A stretch of DNA of 62,784 nucleotides, counting the filler, from Circinaria calcarea (lineage: Eukaryota): NCBI GenBank assembly GCA_051942165.1. It is 7 parts of 7 records of this genome, joined end to end, with 100 filler letters (N's around TTAATTAATTAA, not from the genome) between each part and the next. Parts side by side here need not be neighbours in the genome. Positions count along the whole stretch, not along the records: positions 17,982 to 26,869 come from JAVECS010001032.1; positions 26,970 to 35,854 come from JAVECS010001033.1; positions 35,955 to 44,833 come from JAVECS010001034.1; 4 more parts are not named here. One strand, 5' to 3'. Each line of letters begins with the position of its first letter. Position 1 is the first letter of the stretch. Under the pieces are notes generated by a model, which had not been told where the DNA came from, did no database searches, and worked only from the letters and a program-made list of their open reading frames with translations. The translations under genes were made by a program, and so were the position numbers. This document shows, in pieces, positions 26,417 through 37,518 of this stretch.

Positions 26417-26859
26417 TCAGTCATACTGGAAAAGCACACTAATACTCTCTCCGTAATGAACTCTTCGAATGGCCTTGTGAAATGTCAACTCAATCTCCTC
26501 CTTCACAGGAAGCAAGCCAGGCCGTTGAAACTTACCTCAGCGAACACCGGCCCAATTTCCAACACCTCCAGTTTCGGACAACGCTTTTTATGGTCCTCCT
26601 GCGGCACACTATTGGTCACGACAACTTTGTCCAGATCACTAGAGTTGATTCTGTCGATTGCATCTCCGCTCAGTATTCCATGCGTAAGCAGTGCGTAAAC
26701 CTTGGTTGCCCCTTCTCGCTTGAGAAGTCTTGCGGCGCGAGTGATGGTATTGGAGGTATCTGCCAAGTCATCAATGAGAATGGCAGTCCGGCCAGCGACA
26801 TCTCCAACTAGCATCATAGTAGCGGTCTGACGGTCAGTGATCTTGGTAGGTCGACGTTC
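26417..26859 (-). CDS. PRS5: Ribose-phosphate pyrophosphokinase (Prs5-like), last two exons 26859-26536 and 26473-26417; 5' part off contig
   Basis: LVGDVAGRTAILIDDLADTSNTITRAARLLK, THGILSGDA, AE-AIRRVHYGESISVLFQYD; the DDLxDTxxTITRAA variant resembles Prs5. Confidence 0.8.
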
Positions 26860-26869
26860 CTATCACCGC

Positions 26870-26969
26870 NNNNNNNNNNNNNNNNNNNNNNNNNNNNNNN
26901 NNNNNNNNNNNNNTTAATTAATTAANNNNNNNNNNNNNNNNNNNNNNNNNNNNNNNNNNNNNNNNNNNN
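26870..26969. other. Artificial contig-joining linker
   Basis: N44-TTAATTAATTAA-N44. Confidence 0.99.
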
Positions 26970-28154
26970 ATCCCAGTGGTTGCGCCAAGACTATGCAGAC
27001 AGTACACCAAGTCTTCAGTTGCGACGTTACCAGTTGCGCCTTTAGAATATGGGCATCCACCAAGACCGCCCACACTGCTGTCGAAGGTCCTGATGCCATG
27101 CTCGAGTCCCACGACTGTGTTGACAAGAGCCTGGCCATAAGTGTCATGAAAGTGGAGCGCAAGATCGTGGTTAGATATACCTGCGGCGGCTAAAGCTTTC
27201 AAAAGCTCTCTTGTCCGAGTTGCCGTCCCCATACCGGTGGTGTCCGCAACAGAAACTTCATCTGCTCCCCTTTCCAAAAGCGTTGTCGTGATCTCCGCTA
27301 CCTTCGAAGGAGACACATCAGGTCCTTCATATGGGCATCCAAGTGCCACCGATATATATCCGCGGACTCGGATGTTGCGTGACTTTGCCAAAGTCACGAT
27401 GGGCTTGCACCTCTCTAATGAGTCTTGTATCGTGCAGTTGGTATTCGCATGGGAGAAAGCTTCTGTTGCCGCCGTGAATAAAGAAACTTCGGTGGAAATT
27501 GGCGATGATGATTTTGCCGGCCCTGCTGGGTCTTCCAATCCAGCCGCACTCGAGGGCATTTCGTTAGGGTCTTCAGTCGAGGTGATTGGGGCCGACTCGT
27601 CGGATTCTGGCTCCGGCGACTGCAGTGGTGTAGGCACGTTGTTCGGATCGTCGGAAGATGTTATAGGTGCAGGCTCAGTATCTGACAATTTGGCGTCTCC
27701 TGATGCCTTGAGGAAGTTTTGCAGCCCTTTCAAATTCGGGACGAGAAAGTTGTATGCAATCGCATGGGGTGCGGGCGGGGGATTCCCGAGTATATAATTA
27801 AGGACGTCTGCAGAATTTGCCATCTATGTCCAAAGTAGCCGTCTGATGTTAGCTTTCATTGCCTTCTTGCTGCAAGATTAGACTCTTGGACCGACAAACC
27901 TGCGGAACCCATTTCGGAGCTACGAAACTCCCCGCCTCGATATCCCTCACCCCAGTCTGCGCCAACCTTCTTATCAACTCGATCTTAGTCTTGAGTGAAA
28001 CTGTGCTCTTCTCGTTTTGTAGCCCATCCCGAGGTCCTACTTCCACAATGCGGACTTCCTCTGCCAGACGTCGTGTCGACGAGGAAAAACTACACTGAAG
28101 GTGGCGTGAGCTGGGGCATGCCGCGCGTCGGAAGAAGCATCGAGGGAAAGACAT
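26970..28154 (-). CDS. Hydroxymethylglutaryl-CoA lyase, mitochondrial, 3'-truncated; exons 28154-27900, 27823-<26970
   Basis: Arg/Ser-rich presequence, IVEVGPRDGLQNE, GSFVAPKWVPQMA, LHFHDTYGQAL, GGLGGCPYSKGATGNVATED. Confidence 0.95.
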
Positions 28155-29015
28155 TATCGAGAAGGGAGAGCTCGAAAAGTTTGAAAGGGTGGGAGAGGAT
28201 GGTGGAGAACCGTAATGTAGCTTGAGAGATCGGATAATGTGGGAAGGCCTTGTGGGGTAGAGAGGAGGGGTGGTTATATCAGCCTTACAACGAACCTACA
28301 ATGGACGATCCAAACGACCAACGCTCGAACATTAGCACGACTGGATGCCAAACTGCCCACCTCTGCTTCTTAGCGTATATATACGTACTTGATTGATATG
28401 TGAGGCAAGTCAACCTAGAGGCAGACGATGAAGCTGTTACGATACATCTAGCCAAGTTGATCTGTCCTAATGGACTTTGCCCAGATCTACTTGAACGCTT
28501 CCATGACTTGACCACATGTATTCCTAATCTCAATACCCTTGTTTCAAGCATATGACTGACTCCACTGCTATTTACTTTTTCTTCTCCCGCGAAATAGGAT
28601 GACTGCCGTATCTCATACAAAAGGTAGATTGTGGCGCCAGCGCTGATAACCAGTAAGCCAAGCAAGAGCACGGTCATAAAAGACACCCAGGACGACAAAA
28701 GTTTTATATTCTTGATCAAAAACCTTTATCTGTCCACGCAAACTCATGCATATTACCTCGCTGGATCGACGACTGTCCTATCGCCAGAAATCTCCCTCAC
28801 CTTCTCAATGTACTCCAACGTCTGAGGACAATATCGAACCCTCTCCAAGCCGCCCGCGTTCCTAAAGGTTGAGTTTCGCAAGCTGAACAAGCCTTGTGCT
28901 CCCCGCCCACTCCTTCAGCCGAACCCCGTCAAGTAAATTTTAACATCTATTTGCATTCTATAACTCCTTATCACTCGGCGACTCATTTCGGTATGAAGCC
29001 CTGCAAAAGCGTCGA

Positions 29016-30639
29016 CTAGGCCGGGATCATCTTGACCTTAACACCATTTTTACTCTCTACTGTCATCCTGAAAAGCTCCGTCCAAGGCTCGGGGTCCTGA
29101 TTCTCGATGCTGGAGAACTCCTGTATTAGCCTGACGATGATATATGCTGCCTCGGTAAAAACCATCTGCTGTGCGGGGCAAATCCTCGGTCCGCCAGAAA
29201 ATGGCAAATACTCCCATGTGGGACGCGCCGTCTCCCATCTTTCGGGGCAAAAGTCGTCGGCATTCTCGCCCCATAGTCCTCTATCCCTATGCATTGCGTG
29301 GACGTTCATCACTACACCGGTGCCCTTTTTGATAAAGATAGGCGCTTTGCCGTCTGGACCGCCGCCAAGTGGGAGAATCGTGTCTTTGTGACAGATTCGA
29401 CGAAGTCGGCCGGCGAGGGGGTGGAGGCGGAGACCTACGAGATCAATCAGCGTTTTCAGAGAGTGGCTTGGGTGGCTAGCTTACTCTCGTTGAATATATA
29501 GCGCAAATACTTTATAGACTTGAGAAGCTCGAAGCTCAAAGGCTCCGAAGATGTCGCTGTCAAAACCTCGAGCCGAAGCTTGTTCCAACGATCCGGATCG
29601 CGTACGAGATGAAAGAGAGTATCACTAACTACAATTCCTATCACATCATATACGGGAAAGAAGGCATAGAGAAGCTAGTAGCGTAAGTCAATAGGGTCTT
29701 ACGTTTCCTTAGCCATCTCATTTAGGAGTATATATCGTTCTCCTTGAAGTTTCTCGTTATTCTCTGAAGACTGCCCTTTAAGGACCGTTTCAACATGCTT
29801 ATCAATAAACACGTGGACCTTCCTTATTGCTTCTTTCCATTCTCTGTCCCTCCCCCGTATGAATGTGAACTTGCCAAGTCGCATCCGAGCTGCAAGCCCG
29901 CGCATACATATATTGAAAGACTCAAGGAACTGCGTAGAATCGAAAGGGGTGTTTGGCGAAAGAGATTCTACTGATTCTCCGAAAAGGAATTCCGTAGAAG
30001 TATCGAGAAACTGTCCCGGGTACAGACTATTTCAGTAAAGAGTTATCAAACAGCTGTCTTAAGAAGCCATACCAGACGTTTGATCAAAGGCTGCAAATCA
30101 ATTGTTGAACCATCACGGGGAATCAAATTAAGCAATTGATTAACGTGCGTTTCAAGTGACGCAAGATTTGATATCTGGGGCCTTGCAAACGTTGGCCTGA
30201 TTAAAGCTCGTGAACGTGCCCAAATAGCCCCATCTGCTGTGAAAATGCCTTGAGCCATAAAGGAACCACCTCTGGCCGCTGGTTTAACAGCTTCTACTCC
30301 GTAACTATCAAAGGCAAGGGATAAGACAGTTTGGACGTTCCTTGGCTCACATGTGTTAATAACCGTTTTGCCCCAAGAATTGATCTGGAACGTTCTCCCG
30401 TATATATCGAAAAGTCTTCTGGTCCTATCCAACATTTGGCCATGCTTCATGGCCTTACCCATAGCAAAGAACAAGTCGAGTCCAAGGATGGGCTCCTTGT
30501 GGGGGTATTTTCTAGGCTCCATGCAGCCCTTCTGACGTTTGAAGTTGGTAAAGGCAGAGCGGTGACGGACCACCTGAACAACATAAGCAGCAAGCAAGAT
30601 GCTTATCGCCCAAGTGACAGTGGTGAACAGCAGTCCCAT
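29016..30639 (-). pseudogene. Cytochrome P450 (CYP52-clan-like, 503 codons) with two in-frame stops; exons 30639-30073, 30010-29485, 29434-29016
   Basis: GIFTADGAIWARSRALIRPTF, FLDTSTEFLFGES, ESLR (ExxR), LPLGGGPDG, PERW, FSGGPRICPAQQ heme motif; TAA at 29699-29701 and TAG at 29675-29677 in frame. Confidence 0.85.
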
Positions 30640-31635
30640 GATGAATACGAATTGCTGAGAAGGCGTGCGTCCGATTGACCCCTCGGAAATTGCTATGCTC
30701 TAAATGCAAAAGTTCTAGCATGAATAGAATACAAAGACAGCCATGTGAGTCCGGGAAATAGGATTAGGAGCAACAAGAAAAAAGTAGGAAAGCTCAACAA
30801 CATTCACACTATTCTCTGTGTCGGGAGCTAACGCAACTGGAGGTTGTCACGATTAGGAAGAAAGCGGAGTCAAAGAAGTGGAAATGAGGGAAGCATCTTA
30901 GTAGCGTCGGTGAAGTGACCCGCATGCATTGCATTACAAGCGTGGTGGTACAGGTGCCAATAGGGTGTGGTCTTTGTCCTTATCATATTAAATAAGGACA
31001 GATTGCCCGGTCGCTGCCCTACATCCTTTAGGGACCGTATTCTATAATCCTTGAGCACCAGCGCAGATCCCGTCGGAGTATTTGAAATCCGCTTCGTTCC
31101 ACTTCGTATCACCGTGGCCGGTGTGGCAGAGTCGTTCCCGGTGAGACATGATTGATGAATATGGTGGACCTATAGTTTTGCCAAACATCATCCTGCAAGA
31201 GAGGTCCTCTTTAGCTGTGCCGTTACCTGCGGCAGCCTCTAACGTTATTCACCTTCTCTACCTGCAGTGCTAAAGCCCATGACTGCAGCCCGAATCACGC
31301 CGCTATATCACTTCTGATGCCCGTGATGTTCAGATACCTAGCTCATGTTTCGATGATGGAGGGAAGCAGAGTAGATCTAATCTTTTCTACTTTGCCGTAT
31401 TTACTCGTCCTGGCTAGCGACCTTGGAAAAATGCGTGACGTTTACTCTACGTGAGCAAGCATTGTGTTCTGTCAGATCCACCGCCCGAGTACCTTTTTCG
31501 CTCAGTCCAAGAGTTACCATTACTGCCACTGAAATCGTCGCCTTTTATTAGATGCTCCGTCTCCTCTCTCAAGCACTCAGTCGAAGCTTTACAGTCTTTC
31601 CACTTGTGACACTCTCTCGTCGACTAAATGCTGCC

Positions 31636-32538
31636 ATGAGAGCCTCTCATGAATCTTATCTGCCTTTACAACAAAGTGCGTTTTCAGATGTGGACCAGAA
31701 TCCAGTTCCCTTCTCCTCACGGCGCAACTATGTCATCCCGCTCCTCCTTCTCTCGAATATTATACTCGGGATCGTATCGGCTGTGGCGCTCTTCCTTCCC
31801 TCTCGCACGGGAGCGGTAGAGCAAGCTCCCTTGGGATTTGGTGAGTTCTCGTGCTCATACATATTGAAGAAAGCTCTAAAACTAAGACTTCCGACAGCCA
31901 GGACAGACGATCTACCAACGACCTACAAATCCTTTTCTTGGTGGACTAAGTACAGCGGCAAGAACGACACCGAAGTCGATGCCCTGTGGGATGCGATCCT
32001 ACCCTCACATGGCCTCGTTGCTGTCGACCGCCAATGGGCTACGGAGCATTCTTGGCCGGATTCTATGCATCTTCCTGACAATGACGGCAAATCAATCTAT
32101 CTTCTTGAAGCGTACCACCAACTTCACTGTATAGTCGGTCTCTTTACTCCTCTTGCTTTGACCCCTGCTAATATCTGCAGAAAATTATTCGACAGACATT
32201 CTGGGAAGCCGTGAGGAGGAAACCATATACGTATAATCCACCGCACGCGGGTCATTGCTTCGACTTTTTGCGTCAGGTGAGGGAAGCACATACCACGGAA
32301 TAACAACCCTATGCAGCTGACTCGCTATCAGTCAATTCAATGCAATGCAGACAACACTCCTCTTTACAGTTTCGGCGACTATACCGCTGGAGATGGGCAG
32401 CTTCGTAAGTGCAAGGACTGGAACGCACTTCGCGATTGGGCCACCACGAACACGGCTTGTTACAGAGACAGCGTCGACCCGATCCCTATCAAAGATCATT
32501 TCGGCTACTGTGATGGTGGTAAGGATGGTTTGATTTAG
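31636..32538 (+). CDS. UstYa-like / DUF3328 oxidase (247 aa); exons 31636-31840, 31898-32133, 32181-32276, 32332-32538
   Basis: N-terminal single TM helix, DALWD, YHQLHCI and HAGHCFDFLRQ (two HxxHC motifs), IQCNADNTP, GDGQLRKCKDWNAL; three canonical introns give an intact frame. Confidence 0.93.
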
Positions 32539-33714
32539 GCGAAAAGGATTGGGACCAATCGTGGGTCGTGCTAGGAAGTATGTACAGTATAGTAGAGCTA
32601 GGCTGGAGTTCTTACGCCAGAGACCTTTACTTATATGCTGGTTGGTATCTATAGCTTATAGTTGAGAATCTTAGCAAAATCCAGGATATCGCCTTGACTC
32701 AACATTGCTAATCTTACCTTGCTTTCGTATATGTTCAAACGGCTACTGTTCCTCTATGGCGTTAAAGCAACCGTAACACGGAATGAGCAATTGCCCAAAC
32801 AATACCCTGCATCTAGGGCTCCCGTATGCTTAGGTCGTAAAGATAAAAGCGGCAAGACTAGGGCCTCGATGGACATCACTAGCTGCTTTATCCGGAAAAG
32901 AGTACGAATAGGTGCCTTGACAGCACCGGGTAATCTGTGCCGTGCCTACGCACCACCCGTTTAAGGCCCCCCTTTCAAGTAATCTATAAGGAGTCTGCCT
33001 GAGACCCAATTAAGGGGTTAGGCCTACTAGTGCGGTAGCCTACAGATCTTGCTGCATTAGCGTCGGGGACGAGTCAGAAAGGCTATACGGAGTAAGCTGA
33101 TAAGCATCTCGGCGATGATCTACCATAACGCCGGGCTAAAATGCGAGCCGCGCGGTTAAAGAAGTTTAAATGACGCGATATAAACGAGGGAGGAGTGGAG
33201 ACAAAAAAGGAGATCTTCCATCGCACACTCGGTGACTCGTATCAGCTAAAGCGGCTTGCACCGTAACGCCAGGCAAATGTTGAAAGAACGGTGTGGAGCT
33301 CACAACCGTTCCCTCGGTACTTCGTACACCACGTGCTGTGCCTCGCCCAGGTGTGAGCTTTGGTGGTCTATCAAGAAGGTGTCATCTACTTCCCTCAGGA
33401 GATGCTGAAAGCTAGCCCGATGAGCGGGGCGAAATGAGGGGCGTCGGCTTACAAGATGACCTGCTTTAGTGGCGAAGCGGGACGATTTTCCCGATCTAAC
33501 ATAAGGATAACGGCCGGCAGGTCCGAATGGGGTGGATTCCTTCTCTACCTCCTCCTACCCCGGCTAGCGGATATACTTTGATGGGCTGATCTCAGGTTGC
33601 CGTATCCTGTAGCAGCGCCACATAGCACACTGTTGCACTACTTCTCAATGGCGTTGGCGGTGCCTGTGCACATTATGGTGCCAGGAGTTGTAGTACGATA
33701 TCCCTGGTCATTCG

Positions 33715-33810
33715 CAGGGCCGCCAGTAGTCCAGCAGTCCACCCTTTAGACTGCCAAGGCAGTCACAGTCCAGCCTCTGGACTGGACTGTTTGGACTACT
33801 GGCGGCGCTG
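33715..33810. mobile_element. 96-bp hAT-type MITE
   Basis: TIRs CAGGGCCGCCAGTAGTCCA / CAGCGCCGCCAGTAGTCCA (18 of 19 match), flanked by the 8-bp direct repeat GTCATTCG (33707-33714) / GTCATCCG (33811-33818). Confidence 0.8.
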
Positions 33811-34016
33811 GTCATCCGTATCAGCTGCCAATCGAACAGTCGTGATGTAACTCTGGCAGCGGCGAAGCGCCGGTTCCAGGATAAAGAAAGGTGAGATCCC
33901 TACTCCAATCCGACTTTTCTCCGTATACCCGAATTCCGTTTATCCCAATATCCAAACCGCCTGAACACTGTCTCTTGCACGCCGTCTTACAACATCAAAA
34001 GGACTTTTTATCCAAA

Positions 34017-34220
34017 ATGCGGTTCAGTATTTTGACTGCCTTTGTCCTTAGCTTTACCGCTGTTGGTATTGCTGCCCCGGTGCCAGGTGGGCTGTATGGT
34101 CCGTTCATATGCAAACCTCAGCCGGATCCTTTTCAACTAATTATAAATTTAGCCACAATGGGTGAGAACCCTGCAGCGGGTGTGGAAGGCGCTGAGACTG
34201 ACGTTGGGGACTTCTATTGA
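34017..34220 (+). CDS. 45-aa secreted peptide, candidate RiPP precursor; exons 34017-34086, 34153-34220
   Basis: Good start context (CAAAATG), signal peptide MRFSILTAFVLSFTAVGIA-APVP, 66-nt GTGGGC...CTAAT...TAG intron; spliced product MRFSILTAFVLSFTAVGIAAPVPATMGENPAAGVEGAETDVGDFY. Confidence 0.75.
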   Translation: MRFSILTAFVLSFTAVGIAAPVPGGLYGPFICKPQPDPFQLIINLATMGENPAAGVEGAETDVGDFY

Positions 34221-34938
34221 CTTCTAAAGGTATATACGTTTGCGATAGGTATTCATCACGTCAGCTATGATACTGACATGTTATGTAGAAAGTGGATTTG
34301 TTAGATGTGTTTGTGGTATGATTGTTTTAGAAGAGATAGCAGATGCTGTAGGATGCGAGAGAGGTTTTGCGTATTCATTACAACAGGAATACAGCCGTTT
34401 TATGTCAGATGATTTCTGTTTAAATCTTATATATGATGTTAATTGGTCTTGTAAGACTCCTTTAAGGCTTCCCATGGCCTTCTACTCGTATTCCTTGTCT
34501 CTCCCACAGAAGTGAGACTGCAAAGGGATATATATATGTTTACCTGAGAGACGTGCCTAAATTATCAAATATTAAGTGACATGGTACTCTGAGCGGATGG
34601 ATTGGGAAACTGGAGCGTGTCTCCGCGTTTCGGTTGTGTGAGGCTTCAGACGAGCATTTGAGGGGCGTTGGATAGTGAGGACCAGCTTAGGGAACCAGTG
34701 GATGATTAATTTATCTGGAGTACTACCCCCGGGATGTCTTGTTCCCGGGATTGTAAAATGGAACTTTTGGCGGTAGCTAAATATTTGGTTATGTTTGAGC
34801 CCCATTCGCCAGCTTGAGCATTCCGTCTCAATTCCATGGGACACATCTGGGACGTTGGTAGGATCCCATTCTTTACTTGGGGAAATGTTCAAAACCAGGG
34901 GTAGGTTTTCTTTTGATGTGGGATGCTCCTATTCTCCT

Positions 34939-35854
34939 TTAACCTCTGACACCAACTACCCCTATATCTCCCTCTTTTGTCCTTCCTAAACCCTCTTTCG
35001 CATAAAAATCCATAGGATAAACACCATCGTTCCCACTATCCCATCCTTCTCGGATTCCTAACGCTACCAAGGCTTCGTAAGGGGTAAGCAGTGGTCGTTC
35101 GAACGCATAACCCCAATCAATACTTAGTCGGGGACAGGCAATCTGTACCCAGCATTCCACATCTCCCATCATAGCGAGTTTACCTGGGAAGATCTCGCTG
35201 AGAAGTAGGTTTATAAAGGGTATGCCTTGGCCGTTTAGCTGGGCCTCGATGAGGGACATTGTATGCGGATTCCCTTGGCGGCCAAGGGAGCCAAGGATGA
35301 GTCCCCATTTCCTCGCTGTTTTTGCAGTGGAAATGGCATGACGCCGGAGATCACGCATTTCATTATGATCGTAAGTTTCGCGAGTCAGTTTTCGGGAGTA
35401 AGGGTCATAGCGGTATGCTGGGATGGTTGGATTATGTATCATAGCAGACTCGAGATGGAAGCGGCCATCGCCAAGGTAGAGAATCAGGTCGATATTCGCT
35501 GACGAAGGAATCCGTGGGGATGTGCATCCTAAGATCTCGCCTTTACTGAGAGGCGCGATCTGCGGGACAAGAATATTGAAGCCCGCACGTTCGAGCATAG
35601 GTCTGATGGTGTGAAGAGTGGCATTAAACTGGATAGTCCCAACCATTGCAATAGTTTTTCCGGGCTGAAAATTCCTTTCTAAGGTTGCAAGTAAATGTGT
35701 AGTATCAATAGAAATATCGACGAAGACGTAGAGGGTTTTAATCTTAGTAACGTCCACCGGGATAAGACAACTGTGCGCGTAGTGTACAAGTAGATCACAG
35801 CCTAGAGCTCGTGCGGTGTAATCATCTATGCAGCAAGCACCATATGTTACATCA
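34939..35854 (-). CDS. DPH1: 2-(3-amino-3-carboxypropyl)histidine synthase subunit 1, 5'-truncated
   Basis: [74 protein letters not shown]. Confidence 0.95.
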
Positions 35855-35954
35855 NNNNNNNNNNNNNNNNNNNNNNNNNNNNNNNNNNNNNNNNNNNNTT
35901 AATTAATTAANNNNNNNNNNNNNNNNNNNNNNNNNNNNNNNNNNNNNNNNNNNN
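35855..35954. other. Artificial contig-joining linker
   Basis: N44-TTAATTAATTAA-N44. Confidence 0.99.
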
Positions 35955-36899
35955 TGGTCCATGGTCCCGCGGGTCGTTTTGCGGGACCATCCTAGCATTT
36001 AGAGGCGGAGAGCGTGATACCCAGTATTCGATAGAGCTTTTGAGATTGTGATAGAGAAAGACGTGTATAGTATGGGAATGCGATGGCGTGGAGAATTGCC
36101 CGGCTTTTGGGGCAGTGTTTGGCATTTTGGCATTGTGTTGACGTGACTAGAGATGCTGTGCGCTCCGACTCCACTTGGGGTTCCGATGATAGGAGGTGAA
36201 GGGGAAAGAAGTTCGAGGCGGGTAGGTAGGGAAGCCCGATGAGCTAACCGGAGGTTGGGCTGAGGTATGGTTCGGGACTGGATCAGCGCCGTGTCGGTAA
36301 GGTAAAGGTAGGTGTAGCCGCTCTTTCAACTTTCTTCATCGAAAATGTATGATTGCAGTTGTAAATGACTCCGTTCGGTTCTGCGAGTGGGTGATTTGAT
36401 GTTATGTGATGTGTGGATCATACGCTGGGGATGGTGCCCTATCCATTATGCTCGATTGCAGTCTCGATTACGACGAAGACTATGAGAAGCATTGAGTAGG
36501 TTGAAGTGTCTCCAGCAATGCCTGCTCGGGACGGCTTGCCTGAGGGATACCTTGTGGGTCACGTATCAAGACGTTAAGCAGGAAAAACCGGATTCCCGGC
36601 TGGAGACGGCAATACCTGCTGAACCAATTACTGGAGGGAGCTCGAGTCGAGAGACCGGTTCCCTCTTCGAGCTACCCGCACTTCACCTCAAATGTGAATC
36701 TCAGTCATCATGCACTATATATTCGGCAGCTTCCTCCCACCTTTCCTCTCTGTTCATCCTGCAGCTCAAATCCGGAGCACATTCTCCCAATCGTGTAAGT
36801 CTCATGGACTTATCCTTCTTGATGCACGTGTCTGACATCAAGAGAATCTAGACAGCTACATTTACCCAGCGAAAACGTCCACTACCAAGACCATCCAAG

Positions 36900-37518
36900 A
36901 TGCAGTGGTCACTCACATGTCAGTGACTGCCATGGCAACCTTCTTCATAGATCTCAATTCACAAACCCCCCCCCCAATATCCTGCCAACCTTCCTAACTT
37001 CATATGCTTACTGACTGCTGTTTTCTGCAGGTGTCCTCTTGTTCGTGGCCAATCAGCTCTATTTGGGTCTGGCTGCTCCTGTTGTCACCTTGACTATCGA
37101 TGCACCTCATAGTATCTCTACCGGGGATTTCTCTCGTGGTAGGGCTCTCAATTGGTACCATATTCCTCGCGCTCACCTGACATATTATACAGCTACCTCC
37201 AACAACATCGATGGTACCATTGCTGGCGAACTCGAGGACACTCCTGAAACCTCTACCACCAAACTCAGTCGTGACCTTGCCGTGGCGGATACTGCAGACA
37301 GCACCGACACCGAATCCGATTCTTCCGCGGCAACGGTCTATGAACTCCTCTGCATCTACTCGCAGTACTCTTGCGCAGGCGCTCCTTATCGGTACAGATG
37401 CCACGGCGCTAGAGTAATCTATTCCCTGCAAAACAATTTTTGTGACGACAACTGCATTTGTCAATACTACTCACCCCCCACTGGTGGTGGTGGTATTGGT
37501 GGCAAGCCTACAATTTGA
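36900..37518 (+). CDS. Small secreted protein (168 aa) with acidic pro-region and C-terminal six-Cys domain; exons 36900-36918, 37031-37518
   Basis: Splicing GTCAGT...CTGAC...CAG yields signal peptide MQWSLTCVLLFVANQLYLGLA-AP; C-x6-C-x8-C-x13-C-x3-C-x-C; upstream TATA-like site (~36717) and 5'UTR intron 36795-36850. Confidence 0.75.

Noticed and set aside
29675..29702. 28-nt GTAAGA...TTGAC...TAG mini-intron that would remove both P450 stops
   Set aside because: Too short, shifts the frame, and the segment encodes P450-like residues (DPIDLRY)
8598..35854. DPH6 and DPH1 in one window, suggesting a diphthamide cluster
   Set aside because: They lie on different contigs joined artificially
35955..36330. 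Possible gene start on the minus strand (MVPQNDPRDHGP at 35990)
   Set aside because: Only 12 codons before the contig end; not identifiable
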